This document shows, in pieces, positions 28,192 to 39,539 of a stretch of 64,000 nt of DNA (its first letter is position 1; the number at the start of each line of letters is the position of its first letter). Origin of the DNA: Alphaproteobacteria bacterium (GTDB lineage Bacteria; Pseudomonadota; Alphaproteobacteria; UBA828); assembly GCA_965214705.1 (NCBI GenBank), contig OZ243972.1:1-64000 (forward strand). The letters run 5' to 3'. A program made the position numbers and the translations under genes. The notes below the pieces were generated by a model. It saw nothing but the letters and a program-made list of their open reading frames with translations, did not search any database and was not told the DNA's origin.

Positions 28192-30210
28192 AACTCGGGG
28201 GTTATGAGGGTGCTAAGCCATTGATTCTCCGTGATCGGACCCCCAAAGGTCGGCACTACAGAGCGCCGAACGGAGGGGCGGTCCGTGCGCAGTCAGGCGG
28301 AGAACCGCGGCCCGGGCTGTTGCGGCAGGGTCATGCCGATACCCGGAACAAGTCCGGGCAGGTGTAGCAGTAGCTCGTGCTCCTTGTTCGGCCGGGTGTG
28401 GCGCGGCAGGACCAAGTGCCGGCCGTCGGTGGTCGGCAGGTGGACGTCCACCATCTGGATGGTGGCGAACGCCTTGATGATGGCGCGGGGCGTCAGCCCG
28501 TTGGCGCGCGGGCGGGCGAGGTTCTTCAGCGTGACCAGCAGGCAGTAGGCAATGAAGGAGACGAAGATGTGCGCCTCGATCCGCTTCTCGCGCTGATGGA
28601 AGATGGGACGGATGGCGAGGTCGTGCTTGAGCTCCTTGAACGCCTGCTCGATCTCGATCAACTGCATGGACAGGTGCCAGAGCGTGGCGGGGTCTTCGGC
28701 GGTCATGTTGGATCGCAAGAGGTAGCGGCCCTCTCGGCGGCGCACGCGGCGTAGCCGGTCGCGCCGCAGGCGGAATGAGAAGCCGTCGGCGGCGAGTTCC
28801 TTGTCGGTCTCGGGCACGCGGATGCCGACCAGGTTCCAGGCCCGGCCCGCCTCCTTCCTGGCGGCGCCGAGCTTGAGCATCAGTTGATCTCGGCTGTTGG
28901 ACTGCCCTTGCAGCTCGCGCAACCGGTGCCACAGCTTCTTGAGCCGGCGCCGGCGCATGCCGCGTTCCTTCAGCTGCCGCCCCTCGCTGCGCACCAGGAC
29001 GTAGAGTTCGCCGTCTTCGACCAGCAGCTTGACGTTCACGGACTGGCGCACCTCCTGCCAGGGCAGATCCAGGAATGCCTTCTCCAGCCGCGTCAGCCGC
29101 CCCTTCGGCGTGCCCACCAGATAGCGCACCGGCGCCTCACCCGCGCGCATTGCCGCCAGCGTCTCCTCGGTAGGGATGCCACGGTCCATGATCCAGATCC
29201 GGTCGGAGCGGCCGTATTGCCGTTCGATCTTCTCGAGGAACCCCGCCAGCGTGGTCTGGTCGGCGGTATTCCCCGGCATCACTTCGTAGGCCAGCGGGAA
29301 GCCCTCGGGCGTCACGATCAGCGCGATCACCACCTGCACGCAGTCAGGCCGCTTGTCCCGGCTGTAGCCGAAGCGGCGCTTGTCCTCGAACGGCGGATCG
29401 CTCTCGAAGTACGTGCTGGTCAGATCGTACAGCAGGACATCGAAGCGCGCGTCGAACAGCGCCGCCCAGCGGCCGCGCAGGAACGAGAAGAAGTCCTGCT
29501 TGTGCTCCAGCAACTTGTCGAGGCAGCGATACAGTGTGTCGTCGGCGACCGCCCGGTCGCTGCCCAGCAGATCGCGCAACGCGCTGTGCTCGTACCAGTG
29601 ACGGTGAAGACGCCACTCGCTGCCCGGATCGATCAGCCGGTAGCAGGCCAGGATCTTCAGGATGTCCAGCCATCGTGTGCCTTGCCGGCTCGGCGGCAGG
29701 CGCGGACCCCAGAAGCGGTCCAGATCAAGACGGTCCCACAACGCCAAGGCCAGCCAGCACGCCCCCCACTGGCGCGGGTCGTGAAGCGCCACCTCCGAGA
29801 CGTTGATCTTGACCACTTCGCAGTTCAGCGCCGGCGCCTCCCGATCCTCGGGAAAGAGCGCCATCTGACGCGACCCCGACTTGCCCTCCACCACCTCGAT
29901 CGAGCGGCACCACGCCGCGCGCTGACTGTCGTTGATCTCGCCGAGATAGAGAACGTGGCGCTGAACGACCCGGCCGCCGCGGACCCGGACGTTCTCCACC
30001 ACGCTCCAGTAGCGGTGCTCCTTGCCGTCTTTGAAGCGTCTCTTGCAGCGCACGAACATGGTCGAATCGTCCGCCGCCGCGGCACCCCGATCAAGGGGGT
30101 AGGTCGGCACTACACGCGGTTCTGGAAGGGCAAAGCCCGGAAATCCGCCACTTTCCGGGCCGAAAAATCGTCAAATTAGCCGAATCGCGTGCCGAGTTGC
30201 GGAAGTCGGG
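28192..30210 (-). mobile_element. IS1634 family element 2 (one IR abuts or is split by the intron)
   Basis: IR CCGAGTTGCGGAAGTCGGG at 30192-30210; only AACTCGG of its complement follows the intron end. Confidence 0.85.
28293..30059 (-). CDS. IS1634 DDE transposase
   Basis: YDLTSTYFE, GYSRDKRPDC, MDRG, IEQAFKELKHDLAIRPIFH. Confidence 0.93.
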   Translation of the reverse strand: MFVRCKRRFKDGKEHRYWSVVENVRVRGGRVVQRHVLYLGEINDSQRAAWCRSIEVVEGKSGSRQMALFPEDREAPALNCEVVKINVSEVALHDPRQWGACWLALALWDRLDLDRFWGPRLPPSRQGTRWLDILKILACYRLIDPGSEWRLHRHWYEHSALRDLLGSDRAVADDTLYRCLDKLLEHKQDFFSFLRGRWAALFDARFDVLLYDLTSTYFESDPPFEDKRRFGYSRDKRPDCVQVVIALIVTPEGFPLAYEVMPGNTADQTTLAGFLEKIERQYGRSDRIWIMDRGIPTEETLAAMRAGEAPVRYLVGTPKGRLTRLEKAFLDLPWQEVRQSVNVKLLVEDGELYVLVRSEGRQLKERGMRRRRLKKLWHRLRELQGQSNSRDQLMLKLGAARKEAGRAWNLVGIRVPETDKELAADGFSFRLRRDRLRRVRRREGRYLLRSNMTAEDPATLWHLSMQLIEIEQAFKELKHDLAIRPIFHQREKRIEAHIFVSFIAYCLLVTLKNLARPRANGLTPRAIIKAFATIQMVDVHLPTTDGRHLVLPRHTRPNKEHELLLHLPGLVPGIGMTLPQQPGPRFSA

Positions 30211-30583
30211 ATAACCGGGCCGGGCGGCCGGTCAATTCGAGGTGACGGGGCTGCTGCTGGGGGGAACCGGAATCGGCCACCGGGACCGCGCCCCACCCCG
30301 TGTTCCTGTGCAGCGCTTCGCGCCGCCAGGGTGCGATCATTGCCACCCGTTGTTCCGATCCCGGCGCCGCGCCTTCCTCATCCGGCGGCTGCCAGCCTTC
30401 GCGGCATCCTGCGCGGGCGTCCGTGCGGTCCGCGAGGTCCGCGCCTGCCCCGTTCCCGTCGAGGCAGGCGGCAAACGAGAGTTCGAGGAGGGCTTTGAGA
30501 AGAGTGAGCAGGGAAGGGGTCGAGAGAGATCCCTCTCCCGCTCGTCACCCATCGTCAGCAACCTGGATATGAGGAGACGAACA

Positions 30584-31021
30584 ATGGCTTTCGGTCTCAA
30601 CTCCGCGCAGCTCATCGGCCGCCTCGGCGCCGATGCGACCATCTCCAACCTCGCGTCCGGCGGGCGCGTTGCCAACATGTCGGTGGCGACCGACGAAAGT
30701 TTCGTCGACCGGAACGGTACCGGCGAGAGAATCGACAGGACGGAATGGCACAGGGTCGTGACCTTCCAAGGCGGCCTGGTGGACATGCTGGAGAAGCACG
30801 CGAAGAAGGGCCGCCTGGTCTACGTCGCGGGCAAGCTGCAGACCAGGAAGTGGCGCAAGGACGGCGAGGATAGCGACCGCTACTCGACCGAGATCATCCT
30901 CGTGCCGGGCTCGCGGATCCAGTTCCTCGAGCGGCCTGCCACCGCGAACGGCGGCGAGGCCGCGGCGCCGGCTGCGGCCGCTTCCGATGCCTCCGAACCT
31001 GGCTCGCCGATTCCTTTCTGA
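30584..31021 (+). CDS. ssb: Single-stranded DNA-binding protein (second copy)
   Basis: RBS GAGGAG; MAFGLNSAQLIGRLGAD, TEWHRVV, tail ending IPF. Confidence 0.95.
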   Translation: MAFGLNSAQLIGRLGADATISNLASGGRVANMSVATDESFVDRNGTGERIDRTEWHRVVTFQGGLVDMLEKHAKKGRLVYVAGKLQTRKWRKDGEDSDRYSTEIILVPGSRIQFLERPATANGGEAAAPAAAASDASEPGSPIPF

Positions 31022-31163
31022 CGGGTTCCTCCCTCCCGTCACCGGGCCGGTCCCGCCCTTCCCCAGGGTCTCGGGACCGGCCCTTCTTTCATCGCCAGAC
31101 GGAACGCGGCGCAGCGCTCTCACGGACGCGGCCGCGTTCCCGGTTCCTCCCCGGAGACACGTC

Positions 31164-31469
31164 ATGCCGAGCTGCAACTTCAGCATCCATGACATCAAGT
31201 TCCGTCGGCGCCTCGACGACGAATGCGACATCGTCGTCTTCGGCGAGACGGTCGGAACCGTCACCCGGCGTCCCGACATCGCGAGCTCCGCCGGCGGCCG
31301 GTACTACGTCGTACACCTACGGGACGATCGTCGCGGTCCCCGTACGGTCGACGACCGCGACGCGATCAAGCCGGCCATCGCGCGCATGCTCGTGGACCGC
31401 GATCTCGTGCCCTGGATCTCGCCGCCGGTTCACTCCGCATTCGCCGCGAACGCGCAGCATCCCGGCTGA
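31164..31469 (+). CDS. Hypothetical protein (paralog of 12629-12928)
   Basis: RBS GGAG; GETVGTVTRRP, YYVVHLRDDRRGP, MLVDRDL. Confidence 0.8.
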   Translation: MPSCNFSIHDIKFRRRLDDECDIVVFGETVGTVTRRPDIASSAGGRYYVVHLRDDRRGPRTVDDRDAIKPAIARMLVDRDLVPWISPPVHSAFAANAQHPG

Positions 31470-32091
31470 TCCGCAGCTTCTTCCTCCTCCTTCGTTGCAC
31501 CTTGGGGGGCAGCCACCGCCGACCTTCGGCGGCTGGCCGTCCCCTCTTTCTTTGCAGCCAGGCCAGAGCCCGCTCTACGCCGGAAACGGCTCCCGCCCGG
31601 AGGCCGTCAGCAAGAAAACATACAGGGGAGCCGTGCGTGTGGAGAGGGAGGTCGTACCCCGTCGTGCTGTGTCATTGTGCCACGCGTCCTCGCTCCAGCA
31701 ACCCTGCGGGTGCTCCGGTCGCTGCGCTCCCTCCGCCCTGGTCCAAGACGCTCTAAGGGCGGGCCGTGAAAGTTGCCGACCGTGAAGATCGCTTGCGTGT
31801 AGTTACCGACCGCCTCGCGTGAGGCGCGCCGGCCCCTGGCGCGGGACCGGCGCGTCGGGCCGGCGCTAGCAGTTGTGGAGAAGGCCTACTCGAAACGCGG
31901 CCAGACGGCGAGGCGGCGCGCCGGCCCTCCCAGGACGGCACCAACGCGATCTTCCGCACCACTCGGCAACTTTCCGCACCACCCCGCCCCAAGAGCCTCT
32001 AGGACCAGGTGCTTCCGCTGCGGGCGCGTGTCCCAACAACACATCACGACGGGGCGCATCGCCTCGGAGGATGAACGAAAGGGAGGTCGAC

Positions 32092-33009
32092 ATGATCGAC
32101 ACGCGCCAGGACACAGCTTCACAGACCGCAGCCATCTGCGAGAACGTCGCACTCTACGGCGCGGCGCCCGAGCGCGGCGAGCTCGACAGCCGCGAGGTCT
32201 GGGACGAAGACGACGCCACCGAGGCGCTGAGCGAGGCCATCCGCATCATGGTGGACGGCATCACCGTGGAGGGGACGCAGATGGCCGACGAGCGCGAGCC
32301 GCTGCTCTGGAGCCTCGTCAACTGCCTCCACGCGCAGGTGGGGCGCCTCGACAGGGCGGTGGATCGCATCGCCCCGGAGATGAAGGACCTTGAGACCGCT
32401 CAGGACGGGAGCGAGGTGAAGGCGTGGGAGCTGCAGCTCCTCACGGACCGTGCGCAGAACCTCGGAGACCGGCGCGACGCCTTCGAGACCCTGCGCGATA
32501 CCGCCGCAGACGCCTACCGCACCGAGACGGGCGATATCTGGCGGCCGAGACACGGCTCGCATACCTCGAAGGCGGGAGCGCTCACGTCAGCCGCCATCGA
32601 CGCGCGCGACTACAGGCGCGCCCGCAAGGAGCGCGAGACCAGCAGCCACCTGCCCGAGGGCACCCTGGTGGCGGTGACCGGCGGCAAGGAGGTCGCGGAC
32701 CCCGCCGCCGTCTGGAGCGTCCTCGACCGCACGCACGAGAAGCACGGTAACATGGTGCTCGTCCATGGCGGCGCCCCCGGCATCGAGACGGTGGCGGCGA
32801 AGTGGGCCGAGGCCCGCAGCGTGCACCAGGTGATCGTTCGCCCCGACTGGAAGGCGCACGGACGCGCAGCCCCGTTCCGGCGCAACGACGCGCTGCTCGA
32901 CCTGCTGCCCAGTGGCGTCATCGCCTTTCCCGGCAGCGGCGTCACCGGCAATCTGGTGGACAAGGCCCGCCAGATGGGAATCCCCGTGATGCAACTCAGC
33001 GCCGCCTGA
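32092..33009 (+). CDS. DUF2493 (YspA/SLOG-like) domain protein of mobilizable backbones
   Basis: RBS GGGAGG; VAVTGG, LVHGGAPG, APFRRND, FPGSGVTGNL. Confidence 0.85.
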   Translation: MIDTRQDTASQTAAICENVALYGAAPERGELDSREVWDEDDATEALSEAIRIMVDGITVEGTQMADEREPLLWSLVNCLHAQVGRLDRAVDRIAPEMKDLETAQDGSEVKAWELQLLTDRAQNLGDRRDAFETLRDTAADAYRTETGDIWRPRHGSHTSKAGALTSAAIDARDYRRARKERETSSHLPEGTLVAVTGGKEVADPAAVWSVLDRTHEKHGNMVLVHGGAPGIETVAAKWAEARSVHQVIVRPDWKAHGRAAPFRRNDALLDLLPSGVIAFPGSGVTGNLVDKARQMGIPVMQLSAA

Positions 33010-33473
33010 TGCGGCGCTTTCTCTTGCCGCCATGCCGGTCCTTCGCTGCGGCGAGGGACCGGCTTCTCTATTCTCGCCGCGCCCGGTGTCGCGCAGCGCG
33101 TCCCGGCGCTAACGCGCCGTCGCCGCTCGCGCTCTCGTTGCCGCCCCTTCCGCCAGACCCTCCGCCGCGCCTCTCGACCCGCTCGCCGCATGCGCGGCTT
33201 CGCGCCGCCGCTCGCACTCCGTATCGGCAGCACCCGCCTCGATCTTCCACCGGCGCCGTATCGCGCTCGGCTCGCCGCATACGCGGCTCCGCCGACCGCT
33301 CGCTTGCTCCCCCTTCACCAGAGTGCCAGACGGCGGCACGCGGCTCGCCGTGCTTCGCACGACGCATCGCCGATCCGGGCTCGGCCCGTCCCGGGCTCGA
33401 CGCTCCGCCTCTTCGCCAAGAGCCTTCGTCTTATGGCCAGCTCGGCGCTTGCGCGCCTTCGCCCGGTTCCGGC

Positions 33474-33779
33474 TCAGAAGGCATCTCCCTCCGAATCCTT
33501 GCCACCGATCTTCGCCGCCACTGCGGCAGCCTTGCGCCCAGGAAGCTCCCCCTTGTCGAGGAAGACTTTGAGGCTTCGCTCCCCCAGCTCGATGCCTCGC
33601 GCCTTCAAGACCTCGTGCATCTGCGCCACGGTCACGCCCTTCGCCCGCTGCTCGAGCATGCGCTCTCGCAAGCGGTCCAGGACGTCCTTCAATGTCAGCT
33701 TAGGCGGCGCCAGCTTCGCCAGATCCGCATCGATGGCATCGAAATCGATATCCGATTCGTTGAAGCGCCTGACGACCAT
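33474..33779 (-). CDS. Small protein divergent from the relaxase, probable relaxosome accessory
   Basis: RBS GGAGGG; helical 101 aa; position across the candidate oriT (inference). Confidence 0.7.
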   Translation of the reverse strand: MVVRRFNESDIDFDAIDADLAKLAPPKLTLKDVLDRLRERMLEQRAKGVTVAQMHEVLKARGIELGERSLKVFLDKGELPGRKAAAVAAKIGGKDSEGDAF

Positions 33780-33974
33780 GCGATCCCTCCTCTTCTTCCC
33801 GCAACAATTCCAGACAGTTACGCACGATTATCCAAGGCCTCGATTGTGTCAAGACCACCGCCGCCCCCAATGCGGTACGTAGCCCCGACGGTCCTTCGCG
33901 GACCGCCAACTCAGAAAAAAATCGCGCAGATCCATGAATTCTCTTAACGAACAGCAGTCTTTCGCATAACAAAC

Positions 33975-34004
33975 TTCTCACACCTATGCACTAAAGTGCG
34001 GTGT
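33975..34004 (-). promoter_or_regulatory. Candidate MOBF oriT/nic
   Basis: Minus strand ACACCGCACTTTAGTGCATAGGTGT^GAG: short IR followed by a TGC..AGGTGT motif resembling R46/F/R388 nic sites. Confidence 0.6.
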
Positions 34005-34186
34005 TCCGGGATACATAGCCCGTTGTGGATACAGCCTGGAAGCGACCGTTTTGCAGAGTCGGGTAACCGTCTGATCGTCATGAGGAATCTCTCTCCGACA
34101 GCATTCAGGTCGGCTCCGGTCTCAGGCCGGGAGCATGAGTCCGGCTGCGCCGCCCGCGCCAGCTTGGCCGCCCTGCGTGGCGCACC

Positions 34187-37100
34187 ATGGTAGCCACGCT
34201 CGCCCAGGCTGCCTCGGCCGCATACTACCTGGAGAGCCAGCGCTCGTTCCGCCATCCCAACGAGTACTACACGGCGGGCGAGGAGCCCGACGGGGTGTGG
34301 TTCAACCCTGCGGGCCTGCTCGGCCTCGAGAACGGAGGCAAGATCGACAGCGCTGACTTCCAGCGGCTCTATAACGGCTTCTCACCGGACGCCTCGCACA
34401 GGCTCACGCGGAACGCCGGCAGCGAGAGCCGCTCGCCTGGCCTGGACATGACCTTCTCCGCCGACAAGAGCGTCTCCGCGCTCTGGGCCATCGCCGATCC
34501 CGAGCTTCGCTCCCGGATCGAAGACGCGCACAACGACGCCGCCCGCGTGGCGCTGGAAGAGACGGTGTTCCGTCACTGCGCCTTTACGCGTATCCGGGAC
34601 AGGGAGGGGCGGATCAGGGTGCTCCCTGCCGATATCGCCGCGGCGATGTTCCAGCACGGCACCAGCCGCGAGAACGACCCCCAGCTCCATACCCACTGCC
34701 TCGTCTTCAACGCGGCCCGCACGCAGGAGGACGGCAAGTGGCGGGCGATGCACCAGTACCCGGTCTACAGCTGGGCCAAGGCGGCGGGCGCCGTCTACCG
34801 CAACGCGCTCGCCTGGAACCTGCGCGAGCGCCTCGGCGTCCGCATCGAACAGTACGGACCCGACGGCGCGTTCACCCGCATTGAGGGCATGCCGGAGGAC
34901 CTACAGGTCTTCTGGTCCAAGCGGCGCAAGACGATCGTCGCGAAGGCCGGGGAGCTGGGCATCCCGACGCTCGGCAACGCGTCCCGCATGGCGGGCGTCA
35001 ACAAGCTGACCAGGGCGGGCAAGTCTCACGACAACGATCCCGAGGTGCGTCACGGGCGCTGGCGCGACGAAGCGCATGGTTTTTGTGAGCGGGAGGAGCT
35101 GATCGCCTCGGTCACGGACAACAGGGTGGAGATCGGCCGAGAGGCGGTCAGGGAGCTCACGGAAAGGCTCGACGATCTCCCCGCCCATCTGGCCCGGGAG
35201 GAGGCCGTGTTCCGGCGGCCTGACATTGTAGAGGCGGCCGCCAATGCCGCTGCGGGCCTGATCGGATCCGAAGCGCTGAAGACCGCCATCGAGCGGCTGC
35301 GCCGCAACCCGGAGATCGAGCGGCTGGAGCCGAAGAAGCCCACGGCCGAATCCCTCGCCGGCATGGTCCACACCGAGGTCTATTCCACCCGACATAACCT
35401 GGGGCTCGAACAGGCGGTCAAGGACATGGCGTCCTCCATGGCGTCAGACGCCGGCCACGGGTTGCCGGAAGAGGCGGTGGCGCTAAAGGTCGAGACGCTG
35501 CTGGATCGGAACTATCCGCTGAGCCAGGAGCAGTCGCTTGCGATCCGCCACGCCACCGTGACGGGTGGGCGCGTTGCGGTGATCGAGGGCGCGGCGGGCT
35601 CGGGCAAGACCACCACGCTCCGGCCCATCACCGACCTTCACAGGGAGCACGGCTACGAGATCGTGCCGACGGCCGTCGCCTGGCGCACCGCCGTCGCACT
35701 GGGCGACGACTGCAACGCCCGTCCCTACTGCGTCGACAAGCTGCTGAAGCTCGCCGCGAAAGGGCAGTTGGAGATCGGCCGGCGCACCCTGATCGTGGTG
35801 GACGAGGCGGGGATGCTGTCCACCCGACAAGCGCATCACATCCTGCAGCTCTCCGAGCGCCACGGCGCGAAGGTGGTGTTCGCCGGCGACACCCGGCAGC
35901 AGCAGCCCGTCGAGGCGGGGCCGGGGCTGAGGCTGATCCGCGACGTCGCGGGCAGCGTCCGCGTCGACCGCATCAGGCGTCAGAAGGCGGACCTCGAGGA
36001 CGTGCTGGTTCATGTCCACAAGGAGACGCCGGAGCAGGCGCGGTTCCGGGCCGGGCTCACCTCGCGGGAGGAGCGCGGTGCGATCCTTGCCGACTACGAG
36101 GCGATGGAGAAGAAGCCCCTGTTCACGCCCTGGCAGGTGTCGGTGTCCGAGGCGCTCAGGGACGGCGAGGCAGAACAGGCCATCGAGGCGTGGCGCCTCC
36201 GGGGCCGGCTTCATCTCTGCTACGACGAGGAGAAGACCCTCACGCGTCTGGTGGACGACTGGGCCCGGCACGCGCAGGCCGAGCCCGAAAAATCCGCCGT
36301 GGTGCTCGCGCGCACGCGGGCCGAGGCGCGGGCGCTCTCGTGGCTGATGCGGGAGCGGGTGCTCGCCCGAACGCCGGACGCGAAGCGCGCCGTGATCGAG
36401 GTGAGCAAGGACCTGGACGGGAGGGTGACGGAGCCGCTGGAGATCGCGGTCGGCGACTGTCTCCGCATCGGCGCCACGCAGTGGGAGAAGCAGCTCTTCA
36501 ACGGCACCGTGGTCACGGTGGAGGATCTAGAGGTGCGCCACGGGGAGCACGCGGCGGTCTCCCGCAAGGCCCGGAACCGGCAAGCCGGCGGGGGCGCCGG
36601 GCACGGCCCGGAGGCAGGTGAGAAACGGCTTGAAGCGGGCCGTGCAAGGGAAGGGTTCGAAAGGAATGCGGAGGACGAGCCATCGGTGTTCATCACGGCG
36701 CGTACCGACGATGGGCGGGCGGTCTCATTCCGCCACGACGAGATCCGGGACTTCCACGGCAACATACGCCTCGACTACGGCTATGCCATGACCATCGCGT
36801 CCGCCCAGGGGATCACCGTCGACCGGGCCTTCCTCCTGATCGACGACCGGCCCTCCCGCGAGACCGTCTATCCCGCCGCGACCCGCCACCGCGAAGGGAT
36901 CGACGTCTACGTCAACCGGGCGCCCATCGTGTTCGACATCGCCGAGCACCGGCCCGAGGACGAGGCGGACATGCCTGTCACCGACATCGACGTCCGCGCG
37001 TATCTGGCGGAGCGCTGGTCGCGCTCGCAGCCCAAGGAGGCCGCTCTCGATTACATCGCGGACGGAGCATGGAGGGATGCGAGAGAACAGGCTCAGCTCG

Positions 37101-38126
37101 TTGCGCGGCAAGAAGCGCAGATCGAGCGCGGCGGCATCGGGAACGGGGCAAGCCAGCCGCGGAGTGCGGCGCGCGTCGGTCCCGGCGAACGGCAGGGAGA
37201 GTCGGCAGAGGACCGCGCAGCAGCTGAAGCGCAGGTGTCGCAGACACAAGCTGCGGCGAACGACAATGCGCTCGTGCGCATCGCCCGTGAGATCCGCCAT
37301 GCGGTCAACGGATGGCGCCACGGCGCAGCCGTCGACGCCTTCGCGGCGGAGAGCACCGAGGTCATGGCGGCGTGGGACGAGCTTCGCCGGCGCGCACGCG
37401 CCGAGGGCGAGGCTGTGGCGCTCAGCCCGGCTTTCCGCGAGACCCTCGACCGCCACCGCGCGCTGATGAAGCAGGCCGCGTCGTTCCGCTCCCGGCCGCA
37501 GATGTTCGAACGCCTGCTCGCCGAGCGCGCCGGCATCGGCCAGGGAGAGATCGCGGAACTCCGCAATCAGCACGCGCGCGCTGGCAGCTACCTCCGCTCC
37601 GTGACGGCCAGGGCCGCTCACCGGGCGCGGCAGGACGCGAAGCGCCAGGACGCGAAGCGCCAAGACGCACCGCGCGAAGAAGCGGGGATCGTCGAGGCCG
37701 TCGCAGCCGAGGTTGTCGCAGCCGGGATCGCCGCCCCTGCCGCCGGGCCCGCTCCCGAAGAGTCCCTGCCGCCTCGTACCCCGGAAGCTGTCGCGCCCGG
37801 CCCGGAGCGCGATGCCCCGCCCGACTGGCGCACGCTCTACAGGGAGCTGCAACGCGACTGGAACGATCTCGTCGCCCGCGCCGAGGAGCCCGACCTGCCC
37901 CTGCCGCTGATGGAGGGCTACGACGCGCTGATTGGCCGCGTCCGCATACTCGCCGATAATCCCGACCTGTCCGGGCGCGCACGCAGCGTGATCGACGGGC
38001 TCCTCGAGTACCATGATGACGAGACCGCGGCGCGCGAGATCGCCGAGGGCTATCTGGCGGCGGCCGAACGGCAAGTCGAGGCGTATAAGGCCCTTGAACA
38101 GCATGCCCGCCAACGCGGCGTTCCCA
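34187..38126 (+). pseudogene. traA: MOBF TrwC/TraA relaxase-helicase, 5' part (interrupted by element A copy 3)
   Basis: AAYY..EYY, DMTFSADKSVS, HGTSRENDPQLHTH, GAAGSGKTT, DEAGM, YAMTIASAQG. Confidence 0.93.
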
Positions 38127-38357
38127 TTGAACGAAGCCGCTACGCGGAGTTAGCGGCGTAGAGTTCATTCATTTCCGAGGCGTCGCGGGTGCCGTTTGTT
38201 CTGTGCGTTCGCTTCCCGGTTGCGTCAGTGGCGCTCCGCCCGTCGGGTGGCGGATCCCCAGCAGCCTCCCGATCACCAGTGGTTAGCATCGACCCCTGCG
38301 ACGGACCGTCGCCGGATCGGTCCGGCGGCGCGCCGTCGCGATCCAGGGAGATCGATA

Positions 38358-39236
38358 ATGACCGGGACCGCGTGCGACACGAACACCGTCACCCCTCTTC
38401 GCCAGCGCATGGAGGAGCAGCTCCGCATCGCCAATCTGGCCGCGAGCACGTCCAAGGCCTACATCTGCGAGATCAAGAACCTGGCCAGGTACTACGACGC
38501 CTCGCCGGACGAGCTCGACGCCGAGCAGGTGCGCCAGTGGTACCTGGGGCGGATCGACAAGGGGCTCAGTCCGGGCACGACCAACGTCTCCTTCGCCGCG
38601 CTGAACTTCCTCTACATCGACACACTCGGCTGGCCTGACCATGTCGCCGGCCTGCGCTCCCGCAAGAAGCCCGGCAAGCTGCCGCGCTACATGTCGGAGC
38701 AGGAGGTCGAGCACCTCATCCTTGCGACACCCGACCTCCGCCACCGTGCTGCCATTGTCACCGGCTATGGCGGCGGGCTCCGCATCTCCGAGACCTTGGC
38801 CATCAAGGTCGGCGACATCCTGTCGGAGAAGAAGCTGCTGCACATCCCCTCCGGCAAAGGCGGCACCGAGAGAATGGCACCGTTGCCGGACATCGTCATC
38901 CACTACTTGCGCGTCTACTACAGGAACATCTGGCCGCGTCCGACGAACTGGCTCTTCTACGGCGTCTCGCTCGACAGGCCCATCGCAACGGAGACCTTGC
39001 AGGCCGCCTTCAGGAGGGCGCGCGACATTGCCGAGCTCGACCGCAGCTACACCTTCCATTGCCTGCGCCATTCGGCGGCGACCCATCTCCTCGAGCGCGG
39101 CGGCGATATCGAGGTGATCCGGGACATGCTCGGCCATCGAAGCGCGAACACGACCCGTCACTACGCCCGCGTCACCGGCAAGATGTTCGAGGGCCTCGAC
39201 CACCCGATCTCAGGCTTCGCAGCGTTGCGCAACTGA
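38358..39236 (+). CDS. Tyrosine recombinase of element A copy 3
   Basis: Same protein as copy 2. Confidence 0.95.
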   Translation: MTGTACDTNTVTPLRQRMEEQLRIANLAASTSKAYICEIKNLARYYDASPDELDAEQVRQWYLGRIDKGLSPGTTNVSFAALNFLYIDTLGWPDHVAGLRSRKKPGKLPRYMSEQEVEHLILATPDLRHRAAIVTGYGGGLRISETLAIKVGDILSEKKLLHIPSGKGGTERMAPLPDIVIHYLRVYYRNIWPRPTNWLFYGVSLDRPIATETLQAAFRRARDIAELDRSYTFHCLRHSAATHLLERGGDIEVIRDMLGHRSANTTRHYARVTGKMFEGLDHPISGFAALRN

Positions 39237-39539
39237 CGGCGCGTGGAGGCCGAACGCGCGGGCGTGGCGGAGATCTTCCGCCGCGCCGGCGCCGCTTTCC
39301 GTGAGCGCCACAAAGGGCGCATCGACGCCGCCCGGCTCAAGGTCATGGGCGCCATCGAGGCGTGCCGCACCGCCGTGCTCGGCGGCCACATGTACGCCTG
39401 CGAGGGCTGCGGGCGCGAGCATCCGCTCTTCAGATACCATGAGCACGGTGGCACCGAATCGATTCTGGCGGTTAGACAAGCTCGGAGAGAAGGCCAGCAC
39501 CTTCTCTCCGAGCGGAATCGTCAACAACGGAGTGGACGG

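Noticed and set aside
37631-37669. 15-bp tandem repeat (RQDAK) in traA
   Set aside because: Simple slippage in a low-complexity linker.
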